Origin: a virus
Taxonomy: Duplodnaviria > Caudoviricetes
DNA length: 49,893 nucleotides
Virus record (IMG/VR): IMGVR_UViG_3300044983_000035
Span: 1-49,893 of that record
Strand: one strand, 5' to 3'
A program made the translations under genes and the position numbers. A model generated the notes under the pieces. The model was given only the letters and a program-made list of their open reading frames with translations, did not search any database and was not told the origin of the DNA. Shown here piece after piece: positions 8,111-17,273 of this stretch (position 1 is its first letter; every line of letters starts with the position of its first letter).

Positions 8111-10248
8111 TGTACTCGCGTCGTATCATCGACCAGAAGATCAGCGCGTTCATGGATGCGATGCCTGCTGACCAGCGGTGGACACCCGTCTATCACAGCG
8201 TCGGCCAGATTCAAGACTTCTGCGATTACATCGACCGGATCACGAAGGTCACGAGCAATGAGAAGCGATCCTTCTACGAAATCAAGGTCCCGCTCACGAC
8301 CAACAAGCAGCGGGCGATCAAGCGCTGGATTCAGAACGAGCAGATTCTTTGCTCAGTGGACTCTTCGTATTGGGAAACTCGCTACGGTTACCTCTGCGAC
8401 GAGAAGGGTCAGATCATCAAATTCCACAATCGCACCGGGCAGGAAATTTTCGATCAGGTCGTGGCAGACCTTGAAGACCGCGAAGTCGCAATAGAGCTCC
8501 TGATCCTGAAGGGTCGGCAGCAGGGCGTCTCTCTCAAGACGGCGCTGAAGTTCCTCCATCGTATGTTGTTTCGTCCGCACAGCCAATCGGTCATGGCATC
8601 GGCGCAACAGGAGAAATCCGAGTTGATCGCTCGCGTTCTGGCGATCGCCTACGAAAAATGCCCGTGGTGGCTGAAGCCGCGCAAGACTGAGGATCGCGTT
8701 GGCAAACGCATGGGATGGGAAAACGGATCGCTACTTTCGATTCAGTCTGGAATGCAGGCAACGGGAATCGCGCAAGGGTGGACCCCGACGAACATTCACA
8801 TTTCCGAACTGGCCGATATCCCCAATCCGCAGAAGACACTCGAAGAGGGCTTGCTTCGCGCAACGCACTCATCGAAGTATCTGTTTCAAGTTTGGGAGGG
8901 GACGGGTGGCGGAAACACCGGATACTTGGCGGACAAGTGGCGCGCGGCGAAAGAGGACTGGCCTCGTGGTCGATCTCGTTTGCGGCCGATGTTTCTATCT
9001 TGGCCGTTGGCGCCGGACCTCTACCCCGAGAAGGACTGGCTCAAGAAATATCCGATCCCCGAAGTCTGGCAACCGCATCAAGAGACGAAGAAGCACGTTC
9101 GCAAGTGTGAACTATACATCCAGAATACCGACTATCTCGCACGTGTCTGCGGATCGAATTGGGAGATGCCGCGGTTCCAGCAATGGTTTTGGGAATTCAA
9201 CTACGATGAAGCGGTCAAGTCGCACTCTCAGCGTACTTGGATGCAGCAGATGCCGGCGGACGACATGGAGGCTCTTGTTGGCAAGCATGACCGAATCTTC
9301 GACGTGGACGTGATTGAGCTTCACGAAAAATCGCGCGAACGAGACTTTCAGGCGTATGCGCTGATCAGCAACCAGATCGACTCCGGATTTGAACCTCCCG
9401 AAGATCAGATTGATTACGACCTTCCGCGCATCATCGTCCAGTGGGAGTCGCATCGGGGGCAGACCTACGAATGGATCATGGTTCCGCTGGTCTCGTTCGA
9501 TGAGACGAACGAGAAAAACTCCCTCGACAAGATTCTGATCTTCGAGCATCCGCGCAAGGGTTGCGATTACTCGGTCGGCGTGGACACGGCGGACGGACTC
9601 GGGAATGAAGACGAGGATCGTTCTTGCTTCAGTGTCACGCGCAACGAGACGGATGATCGTCAGGACGTCCAAGTTGCTGAGTTCGTTTCGAACCGCGTCA
9701 ATCCGGCGCAGATGGTCGGGTTTGTCGCCTGTATCGGTGCCTACTACGGTTCTTACGCGAAGGATCCACGCGGCGTCAAGTTCTGCATCGAACAGCGCGA
9801 TCGACCCGGCGACGATTGCCAATTCCAGTTGAAACTAATGGGTTTCCTGTGGCATCACAGCAACGACCGAATCGACGGAAAGAAGGTTCGGGAAGGCAGC
9901 AGTTCGCAACACGGCTTCATGACGAACGCTTGGACTAGGCCGCTTCTCACCGGGCGTTTCATTGAAGCGGTCAACGGATTGTGGTATAAGCCTAATAGCA
10001 AGTATCTGATAGAAGAGTGCAACGAGTGGGAGCGTAAAATCTTGGCCAGCGGAAAAACGCGAGTCGATCACAAGAGCGGAAAGCATGACGACCGGATCAT
10101 GTCGGCGGCGATGTCGTACTTCACGCGGCACGGGTTTGACGTTCTCGCGGATCGTTCGGCCAAGCGTTACAACACTGGAGAACCTAGCCAGCCTATTTTG
10201 AACGAGTCAATGTGTTCCGATGGATTCCTCGTGAGTGTAGGAGATTAA
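8110..10248 (+). CDS. terL: Terminase large subunit
   Basis: Walker A ILKGRQQGVS, Walker B IHISE, coupling motif WEGTGGG, RNase-H-like VGVDTADG and HDDRIMS. Confidence 0.93.
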   Translation: MYSRRIIDQKISAFMDAMPADQRWTPVYHSVGQIQDFCDYIDRITKVTSNEKRSFYEIKVPLTTNKQRAIKRWIQNEQILCSVDSSYWETRYGYLCDEKGQIIKFHNRTGQEIFDQVVADLEDREVAIELLILKGRQQGVSLKTALKFLHRMLFRPHSQSVMASAQQEKSELIARVLAIAYEKCPWWLKPRKTEDRVGKRMGWENGSLLSIQSGMQATGIAQGWTPTNIHISELADIPNPQKTLEEGLLRATHSSKYLFQVWEGTGGGNTGYLADKWRAAKEDWPRGRSRLRPMFLSWPLAPDLYPEKDWLKKYPIPEVWQPHQETKKHVRKCELYIQNTDYLARVCGSNWEMPRFQQWFWEFNYDEAVKSHSQRTWMQQMPADDMEALVGKHDRIFDVDVIELHEKSRERDFQAYALISNQIDSGFEPPEDQIDYDLPRIIVQWESHRGQTYEWIMVPLVSFDETNEKNSLDKILIFEHPRKGCDYSVGVDTADGLGNEDEDRSCFSVTRNETDDRQDVQVAEFVSNRVNPAQMVGFVACIGAYYGSYAKDPRGVKFCIEQRDRPGDDCQFQLKLMGFLWHHSNDRIDGKKVREGSSSQHGFMTNAWTRPLLTGRFIEAVNGLWYKPNSKYLIEECNEWERKILASGKTRVDHKSGKHDDRIMSAAMSYFTRHGFDVLADRSAKRYNTGEPSQPILNESMCSDGFLVSVGD

Positions 10249-10535
10249 TGCTTATTTCCCTTTGGAAAGACTTTCTCGATACGTTGAACACTCCCGGAGG
10301 CCACATCCTAATCTTGCTCGGAATCATCGCAGGATGCGGATTTAGCCAACTTCACCAGCAGCATCCTTCTGCTGAAAAGCTACTCGAAGCCGCAAGCGCC
10401 ATCCTGTTCTACGCTATGCGTGGAGATCGTAGCGCGAACGGCGACGCCAAGCCAAAGATGCAACGGGCTGGCGACAAGGAGCAGGTTATCCATAAAATGG
10501 AAATCAAGGAAACCCAGGAGCCAGCGAAGCCGTGA
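10248..10535 (+). CDS. Small membrane protein (holin-like or lipoprotein-like)
   Basis: AGGAG SD, TAATG overlap; two hydrophobic segments and a charged tail. Confidence 0.6.
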   Translation: MLISLWKDFLDTLNTPGGHILILLGIIAGCGFSQLHQQHPSAEKLLEAASAILFYAMRGDRSANGDAKPKMQRAGDKEQVIHKMEIKETQEPAKP

Positions 10536-10996
10536 ACCCGTTAATGACTGATGGCAAGAAGCCGGACATCGCACACGCTGGGCATCTGTGGATTCCGGCG
10601 CACATGAAGCGCGCGCGCGAGTTTACTAAGACTCGTTTCTGGATTGACCCGTGGAAAAAGATTCGCGTCGCCGCGCCGCTGCCATTTCCATGTCCGAATG
10701 GGTGGCAGGATATCGTCTGCGAGAACGCAGCAGACGCGGACTCTTGGAGCGCAAGGATGCGCCAGCAGGAAAAGGATGACCTCGAAAAGTCCGATGAACA
10801 GCGCGAACTCGAAGAGGGTCCAGTTCGCGATGCTCTCCGCAAGGAACTGCTGACTTGCCTGATGAATTCAAAAAGCGCGATCAATCGCGCCTTTGCGAGC
10901 CGCGCCCTTGACAAACTCGATGCGCACGAAGCGGAGAAGAAGAAACGGAAGTTCGAGACGTACATGCACCAGGAAGCCGCTGAGTTAGGCCACTAA
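10532..10996 (+). CDS. Hypothetical protein between terminase and portal
   Basis: GTGA and TAATG overlaps; AGGAG SD. Confidence 0.7.
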   Translation: MNPLMTDGKKPDIAHAGHLWIPAHMKRAREFTKTRFWIDPWKKIRVAAPLPFPCPNGWQDIVCENAADADSWSARMRQQEKDDLEKSDEQRELEEGPVRDALRKELLTCLMNSKSAINRAFASRALDKLDAHEAEKKKRKFETYMHQEAAELGH

Positions 10997-13077
10997 TGAC
11001 GGGCCTCGTTCAACTCGCTTCGTCTCCCGATTTGAAAGCCATGTGTTGGCAGGTCCCGAAGTTTGAGACTCTGCCGTCTGAGCGCATCGGCTGGATTGAT
11101 GAGTCGATCCAAGAGGGCGAGGGCGCAATGCGTTACACCAAGCCATTCAAAAACTTGGGACGCAACATGCGCATCTTCAACGGGATCTTCAAGGACCGCG
11201 CACGCTCCGGCCTCTATAGCAATTCCCTGCGCTACAACATCCGCAAGATGGTCGAAACGATCTCCGACATTCGTGAGATTGGAACCTACGGCAGCGACGC
11301 CCCGCAGTTCAAGGAATACGCCGAAGTCCTGAATCGAACGAGCAAGGCGATCTACCTCGAAGGGAATTATCCCCGGCAGTTGCGCAAGGCTCTGCAATAT
11401 GCCTTCCCGCAGTCGGTCGGCTATCTCTGGCCGAAGTGTCACGCCGGGGGCTATGGATTCAAGGAACGCAAAATAATTTTCGAGCCACTCGGAATGATGC
11501 GCGTGGTTCCTGTGCAGATGCCTTCTTCGAACGACATTCAAGAGGCGTATACGGTTCACGTCTTCGTCTATATGCCGATCGCAGAAGCACATGCTCGATT
11601 CCCTGCGTATCAATCTCAACTTCAGCCGCTCGGATATCGAACGAGCAATCTATCCACGGTCGGCGCCCGGCGTCTCGATTCCGAAGAACGCTATCAATCG
11701 AACGAAGGAATGAAGGGTTGGGGTGAGCTTACCTGCGAGCTTCGCTATACTTTCATTCGAGACATTCGGATCAATACAACCGGCTATGAATTGCCGATGG
11801 GTAAGCCGGATTCAAGCTGGTTTTACAAGGTCCCTTCGGTGGGGCAGCAGATTCTCGGCGGGATTCGCAACGGTCAACCGTTCATGCGCCCGGCTGAGAA
11901 TGAAGATTGCCTAGTCTATCCGCAGTTGCGCCTGATGATCAGCAGTCGCGATATCGACGAGCCGATATATGACGGCCCTGCGTTCGACTGGCACGGAGAA
12001 ATGCCCCCGGTTCAGTACGTCGTTGATGATCTTCCGTGGGAGCCTCTGGGTAATTCTCTGATCGATTCCGTCGGATCAATCGAGGACACGAAGCGCAAGC
12101 ACGAACGCCTGATGGACCAAGCGCAGACCGCGCGTCTTGATCCGACGATGGCTTACGATCGTACGGCCACGGGTGGACCGAAGATTGAGAACCTTGACAT
12201 CTTCGAACGTTCGGCGCGGATCGGTCTTGATGGCGAGCCGCGAGATATTCTCCAGAGCATCATTCCCGATTCGGTTACCGTTGGCGAGACGAATTACAAG
12301 TGGTGGGACTTGCTCGACAAGATGGAGACGAGCCAGCTCGGTATCAACGATATGTCTGGACTGGAAGACTTGAAGTTCAACCTCGGCGGGGATGGATTCG
12401 ATAAGGCGCTCGCTACGGTAGGACCGATTGCGAAAGCGATCGCCGGAAACGTTGAGACGGGTAACGCCAAAGTCGCGCACATGATGAAGTTCATGATCCC
12501 ACAGTGGATGGATACGAAGCGAATCGTGCAATACGTCGGTCCCGACAACATCCCGTCTGGAATCTTCGATTACGATCCATCGTCATTGATTCCGAGTCAT
12601 GGACTCGATGAGGGCTGGGTCAATACCGACGGAGAGTGGAAAGCTCCTGAAGCAACTTCGCAATATCCGCAGTTGCAGCGCGCAAAGCGGTTCGCGGAGA
12701 ACATCCGCTTGATCTCGGTTCCTTCAACGCTTCTGAAGATCACGCAGCAAGAAGAACAGATCAAGTACATGTCGCTATATGGTCGCGGCGCACCGATCAG
12801 TTTTCACACCGTCGCTAAAAAGTTGAACATCGAGAACTACGGAGAGATTGAAGGTACGACCGAGTTTGAAAAGTGGATCAACGAGCAGAAGGCGATGATT
12901 CTCTTGAAGGGCGACGCCGCCAAACTCGCGGAGCAAGTCGGACTCGACGGGCCTCCTCCGGTGCAAGGAAAGCAACATGCTGGCGGTCGGCCTCCGACCG
13001 ATCAGAAGCCAGGTAAACTGAAGATGAAAGACAAGAACAGTGGCGCTCCAAGGCCCATTATCAGCACTTCCGGTTAA
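10996..13077 (+). CDS. Portal protein
   Basis: 693 aa, located after the terminase and before the scaffold/capsid genes; C-terminal GGRPP tail typical of portals. Confidence 0.8.
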   Translation: MTGLVQLASSPDLKAMCWQVPKFETLPSERIGWIDESIQEGEGAMRYTKPFKNLGRNMRIFNGIFKDRARSGLYSNSLRYNIRKMVETISDIREIGTYGSDAPQFKEYAEVLNRTSKAIYLEGNYPRQLRKALQYAFPQSVGYLWPKCHAGGYGFKERKIIFEPLGMMRVVPVQMPSSNDIQEAYTVHVFVYMPIAEAHARFPAYQSQLQPLGYRTSNLSTVGARRLDSEERYQSNEGMKGWGELTCELRYTFIRDIRINTTGYELPMGKPDSSWFYKVPSVGQQILGGIRNGQPFMRPAENEDCLVYPQLRLMISSRDIDEPIYDGPAFDWHGEMPPVQYVVDDLPWEPLGNSLIDSVGSIEDTKRKHERLMDQAQTARLDPTMAYDRTATGGPKIENLDIFERSARIGLDGEPRDILQSIIPDSVTVGETNYKWWDLLDKMETSQLGINDMSGLEDLKFNLGGDGFDKALATVGPIAKAIAGNVETGNAKVAHMMKFMIPQWMDTKRIVQYVGPDNIPSGIFDYDPSSLIPSHGLDEGWVNTDGEWKAPEATSQYPQLQRAKRFAENIRLISVPSTLLKITQQEEQIKYMSLYGRGAPISFHTVAKKLNIENYGEIEGTTEFEKWINEQKAMILLKGDAAKLAEQVGLDGPPPVQGKQHAGGRPPTDQKPGKLKMKDKNSGAPRPIISTSG

Positions 13078-13086
13078 CGGAGAAAA

Positions 13087-13320
13087 ATGAAAGCTGAAGA
13101 CGTGATTCGATCAAATGAGGACTATGTGGTGACTGAGAGCCGGATACCGAAAGATATTGACCCGGCTGACTTGTTTGCGTTCTGTCGCGAGCAACGAACA
13201 AGCGGAACTCTTGTCTTTGAATTCTTTCGCGGCGGTATTCGTCAGGTGTTTCTCAATGAGAGAACGCTCATTCCCGAAGGTCAAAGGCTGACCGTTCGCA
13301 AGGCGATTGAAAATCAGTAG
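13087..13320 (+). CDS. Hypothetical protein
   Basis: GGAG SD; 77 aa. Confidence 0.65.
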   Translation: MKAEDVIRSNEDYVVTESRIPKDIDPADLFAFCREQRTSGTLVFEFFRGGIRQVFLNERTLIPEGQRLTVRKAIENQ

Positions 13321-13349
13321 TTGACAAGAGAAGCTTATAGTCTTAAAGT
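13321..13349 (+). promoter_or_regulatory. Sigma70-type promoter for the head genes
   Basis: TTGACA (13321-13326), 17-nt spacer, TAAAGT (13344-13349). Confidence 0.75.
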
Positions 13350-13436
13350 TTCATTCGTAACGGACTTCCACCTCACTCCCCACTCGGGGATTTGAAGCGG
13401 CCTCCAAAAAAGCAGTTCTACTTGGAGGCTTTACCA

Positions 13437-13553
13437 ATGGCACACACGAAAATCGTATCCGGCTCAGGAAAGATGGGTTCCGGAAAGATGGGCGTCAAAG
13501 ACGGTAAGGGCGGCAAAGCATTCGGTGGCAAGAAGGCCGGCGGAAAGAAGTAA
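13437..13553 (+). CDS. Tiny Lys/Gly-rich basic protein (38 aa; not in ORF track)
   Basis: GGAGG SD; MAHTKIVSGSGKMGSGKMGVKDGKGGKAFGGKKAGGKK; stop directly abuts the next ATG. Confidence 0.7.
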   Translation: MAHTKIVSGSGKMGSGKMGVKDGKGGKAFGGKKAGGKK

Positions 13554-13826
13554 ATGGCCACAAGCTCAATGCCGATGCCCGGTGCTGGCGATCCGCAAGG
13601 ATCTCCCGCGCAAGCCGGGTCGGGTCCTGCACCCGGAGTTCAAGCGCCTGCACCTCCCGAGATGATCATGCTTGCGAAAATCTCTCAGGTCTTGCAGCAG
13701 TTGGCGCAATCGAATCCGGTTCTGTCCGGCGGTTTGCAAAAAGCACTCGCTGGAATTCAGGAAGCCCAAACCGCGATGGTCACCCAGCCTCAACCCCTTC
13801 CAGCCGGGAGCACGCCCCCTCAATAG
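13554..13826 (+). CDS. Pro/Gln-rich small protein of the head module
   Basis: 90 aa upstream of the scaffold gene. Confidence 0.7.
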   Translation: MATSSMPMPGAGDPQGSPAQAGSGPAPGVQAPAPPEMIMLAKISQVLQQLAQSNPVLSGGLQKALAGIQEAQTAMVTQPQPLPAGSTPPQ

Positions 13827-13834
13827 GAGAATGA

Positions 13835-14692
13835 ATGCCAACGATTGAAGAGGTTCTCAAGAAATCGGGTTGGACGGACGAAAAGATTGCGGCGCTTGAT
13901 GCCGATGCGCGCGGAGCTTTCGGCGCGGTCCTGCAGACTGCCGAACAGGAATCACTCGCGGCGAAGGCCGAGCGAGAAGCTGCAGAATTGAAGGCGCGTC
14001 AAGTGAAAGACTACTTCGACACGGAAATCAATCCGGCTCTCAACAAGTGGGGATCCGAGCAAGCCAATTTGACAGCCGAGCGCGACTATTGGAAAACGAA
14101 GGCCGAGAAAGCCAAAGAAGGCGGATTCTTGGCAGCCGACGAACCTTTCTCTCCTCCGGCTCCTGCGCGCAATCCTGCTGGTCAATTTGTTCCCGGCCCC
14201 GGAGGTTCTCCTGTGTTCGACCCTCAAGCATTTCGCGGTGAAGCTCTCGACGTCATGGATCAGGTAACTCACCTTCAGGGCGAGTATTTCCGTCTCTATG
14301 GTCAGCCGTTGCCGGATTCCGTGAAGAAATTGGCGGGCGAGGCCGGACAGCAGAAGTTGTCGCTTCTCGACTATGCCGACCGCAAATACAATTTGACCGC
14401 CAAGCGTGCCGAGAAGCAAGCGGCACAGCAGAAGGAACGCGACGATAAGCTGGTTCAGGAGGCTCTCGCCGCCGACCGCAAGGCTCGCGCCGAGCAGGGC
14501 GGCGGAAATCCCGACACGGCGCGCGCGCGCGGTTCCTCGGAATTCGCGACCGTCACGCGCCGGGTTCAAGAGGGCAAGGATGGCCTGAAAGACCCCACGA
14601 CCATGACGGCAGCGCAACGGCAGATGCAAACTCGGTCGATGATCCACGCGGATCTCGCGGCCAAAGAAAATCAACCGCAGTTGGTTCACTAA
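13835..14692 (+). CDS. Capsid scaffolding protein
   Basis: AGGAG SD; charged coiled-coil protein immediately upstream of the capsid gene. Confidence 0.75.
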   Translation: MPTIEEVLKKSGWTDEKIAALDADARGAFGAVLQTAEQESLAAKAEREAAELKARQVKDYFDTEINPALNKWGSEQANLTAERDYWKTKAEKAKEGGFLAADEPFSPPAPARNPAGQFVPGPGGSPVFDPQAFRGEALDVMDQVTHLQGEYFRLYGQPLPDSVKKLAGEAGQQKLSLLDYADRKYNLTAKRAEKQAAQQKERDDKLVQEALAADRKARAEQGGGNPDTARARGSSEFATVTRRVQEGKDGLKDPTTMTAAQRQMQTRSMIHADLAAKENQPQLVH

Positions 14693-14704
14693 GGAGCATA
14701 GCGT

Positions 14705-15964
14705 ATGGCGTTCACTCTCGCCGATCCACTGATGAATGAGGTAGATGCAAGCACGCTAGAAAGCGTGCGCAAAAATACAGTTTTTAATAACCTCTTCGTT
14801 AATACTCCGTTTCAAGCCAAGCTGCGTCAAGCTGGCGTCTTTGATCCGTTCCTCGGCGGCAGCGGCATGCAAGAAGGAATCATCTTCGGGCGTCCGCAGG
14901 GTGCAGCAGTTCGTCCCGGTCAGGGGGTCACGATCACCCGCCAGCAGATGAACACGGCTATGATCTTCCAGCCCAAGGCTTACGCTGCGTGGTTGCCGAT
15001 TGACGACTGGGAATTGGACGATGGTTCCGGCACCGGCGGCGTCATCAACTCGGGTCCGGCGGCGATCTGCGACTTGTATTCGATCTTCATGCAGTTGTTG
15101 GTCGAGATGATCAACACGATGATCGAAATGGACTCTTTCCGCCACGGCCAGGCGGCCGGAACTGGAATCTCCGACAATCGCATTCTCGATTCGAACGGAT
15201 TGAGCGAGGCTCTGAACAATGGCGTCGACCCCTCGTGGGACGGAAACGTGTTCACGACCTACGGCGGAAACACCCGCAACGGAGTGATTGGTCCGGCGCT
15301 CAATTCGACTCCGCTCTGGTGTGGAAATTCATCGGGAGCGGTGGGTCAGATCGACACGAACGTGTTGATGCGCCTCTGGGCACAGTGCGCGATCACCGGC
15401 GGCAATCCGACGCTGGCGATTACCAACGTCTTCGGTTTCGTCGCCGTCGTCAACGCTCTCGAAGCGCAGCGCCGCGACGTCAGCCTGACGCAGCACAACG
15501 TTGAATGGAAGGCTCTTTCGTTCAACGGCATGGAAATTTATCAGGATCCGCTGGCTCCCTCGGCGCTGTCCGCCGACTTCCTGTCGCTCACTCCGCAAGG
15601 CGTGTCCGGCGGCAAGGCGGGGAACAACAACCTGATCGATGGCGCGGGCGGAAACACGATTACCAGCACCTTCCGCACTCCGACGTACACGAATAACGGA
15701 GTCACGGTCGCGACTGGTCAGCCGTCTCCGACTGGCAGTAACTTGCCGTGCAACACGGTTGTCACGGTTGGCGAGGTCATCAGCGTTCTTGATCCGAAGA
15801 CGTTCAAGATTCGTCCGACTAACAAGAGCGGCTGGAACTACGGCGTGCGTACCGCGCCGATGCCGAACAATGTTTCTCTGGATGCGATGTTCATGCGTCT
15901 CGGGACGAATCTGTACAACACTCAGCCGCGCCAGAATTGCCACGCGTACGGGTTTTCAAGTTAA
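14705..15964 (+). CDS. Major capsid protein
   Basis: AAGGAG SD; 419 aa; strong codon bias; PTLAITN, FNGMEIYQDP and GTNLYNTQPRQN resemble HK97-fold capsid proteins; synteny. Confidence 0.85.
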   Translation: MAFTLADPLMNEVDASTLESVRKNTVFNNLFVNTPFQAKLRQAGVFDPFLGGSGMQEGIIFGRPQGAAVRPGQGVTITRQQMNTAMIFQPKAYAAWLPIDDWELDDGSGTGGVINSGPAAICDLYSIFMQLLVEMINTMIEMDSFRHGQAAGTGISDNRILDSNGLSEALNNGVDPSWDGNVFTTYGGNTRNGVIGPALNSTPLWCGNSSGAVGQIDTNVLMRLWAQCAITGGNPTLAITNVFGFVAVVNALEAQRRDVSLTQHNVEWKALSFNGMEIYQDPLAPSALSADFLSLTPQGVSGGKAGNNNLIDGAGGNTITSTFRTPTYTNNGVTVATGQPSPTGSNLPCNTVVTVGEVISVLDPKTFKIRPTNKSGWNYGVRTAPMPNNVSLDAMFMRLGTNLYNTQPRQNCHAYGFSS

Positions 15965-15973
15965 GGAGAAAAG

Positions 15974-16567
15974 ATGCCGCTCAATCAAACTTTACCGATC
16001 GCCTCTGTCGCAATCAATGCTTGCAATGACGCGACCGAAAGCGGACTCAACAATCCGATCACTGGTGCCCCGTATTATAGCGGACTCGTCCAAGGTGATT
16101 ACTTTGACTTGACGAACGCGGAAGCAAGCCAATTGTCGTATCTGACAAACGGCAAGCTCTACGCTGGCCGCTATCGCCGCGTGCAAGTCGATTCCGGCGC
16201 TACCGCTTCGAACATCAAGGTCGGCACCATTGGCCTGATGCCTGCCGGACTGCAGCCCGTCGCCAACATCGTGACCTCGTACGACAAGGGCATCGTCGGA
16301 GCGCATCCGGTGATCTTCCTGAATGCCGTGACTCCGGGCAACTTCTGCTTCGTGCAGGAGCTTGGCTTCGCTTCGGTCTTGGCGGGTGCCACGCTGACGA
16401 AGTCCGGTCCGAACACGGGCGACTTGCTCAATTCAACGACCCTGGGAGTCTTCGACGATCCCACGGTTCAAGAATTGGTCCCGGCGTCGATCGGTATCGC
16501 CCTGTCGCCGCCCTCGCCGAACACGCTTTGCCTGGTGCAATTGAATCTCCCGGTGACCCAAGGATAA
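15974..16567 (+). CDS. Putative capsid decoration/cement protein
   Basis: AAGGAG SD; follows the capsid gene; YRRVQVDS and FCFVQELG. Confidence 0.6.
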   Translation: MPLNQTLPIASVAINACNDATESGLNNPITGAPYYSGLVQGDYFDLTNAEASQLSYLTNGKLYAGRYRRVQVDSGATASNIKVGTIGLMPAGLQPVANIVTSYDKGIVGAHPVIFLNAVTPGNFCFVQELGFASVLAGATLTKSGPNTGDLLNSTTLGVFDDPTVQELVPASIGIALSPPSPNTLCLVQLNLPVTQG

Positions 16568-16577
16568 GGAGCGTTCG

Positions 16578-16907
16578 ATGAACGTATCACTGCAGCAAGG
16601 GTATCCGGACAATATCGGTCGTAAGCGAGTGTACGCGGGTTCCGCCGTTGGCCCTTCGAGTTACTCGCAAACGACCGCCGATCCTGTGACGCTGCCGAAT
16701 TTCCAGCACTACATTGATTCGGCATTGTCGAATGGCCAGCTTTCGGTGAGCGGAACGTACTATGTGCGCTTCCAGCCATCGGCGGCGGGTCCGCGGCAAA
16801 CTTGGAAGGCTCGCTACTATGTGACGGCCACAAACGCGGAGGTCGCCAATGCGGTTGACTTGAGCGGCGAGACTTTCATCGTCTCGTTCTTGGGCGGAAA
16901 TTACTAA
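16578..16907 (+). CDS. Small virion structural protein
   Basis: AAGGAG SD; EVANAVDLSG motif; last gene before the terminator. Confidence 0.65.
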   Translation: MNVSLQQGYPDNIGRKRVYAGSAVGPSSYSQTTADPVTLPNFQHYIDSALSNGQLSVSGTYYVRFQPSAAGPRQTWKARYYVTATNAEVANAVDLSGETFIVSFLGGNY

Positions 16908-16928
16908 GGTCCCCGTTTAGCAGACCTT

Positions 16929-16968
16929 TGGCGTCGGGGCTTCGGCTTCCCCGGCGCCATTTGTCTTT
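16929..16968 (+). terminator. Intrinsic terminator after the capsid cluster
   Basis: TGGCGTCGGGG / CCCCGGCGCCA stem followed by TTTGTCTTT. Confidence 0.7.
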
Positions 16969-16980
16969 CAGGAGGATGAT

Positions 16981-17139
16981 ATGCCGATCAGCAAGTATTT
17001 CAAGGGTAAGGGCGAGAAAGTAATGTCGGCCATGAAGAAAGAATATGGCGACAAAAAGGGTGAGCAGGTTTTCTACGCGACTTCGAACAAGCGCGCGCGG
17101 AAATCGGGCGGTTCGAAGTCGAACACGAAGAAACGATAG
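16981..17139 (+). CDS. Small basic protein (52 aa; not in ORF track)
   Basis: AGGAGG SD; MPISKYFKGKGEKVMSAMKKEYGDKKGEQVFYATSNKRARK... Confidence 0.8.
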   Translation: MPISKYFKGKGEKVMSAMKKEYGDKKGEQVFYATSNKRARKSGGSKSNTKKR

Positions 17140-17147
17140 GAGGACAT

Positions 17148-17270
17148 ATGGCTGTTTACAAACCGAAGATCGTAACGGCGGCAAAGAGTGCGGGTGCCAA
17201 TCCGCTTGGCAAGGGCGCTCCACTGACGAAGAATCCGCTGGCCGGCCGCAAGTTGGGACGCAAGCGATAA
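17148..17270 (+). CDS. Tiny basic protein (40 aa; not in ORF track)
   Basis: AGGAGG SD; MAVYKPKIVTAAKSAGANPLGKGAPLTKNPLAGRKLGRKR. Confidence 0.7.
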   Translation: MAVYKPKIVTAAKSAGANPLGKGAPLTKNPLAGRKLGRKR

Positions 17271-17273
17271 TCC

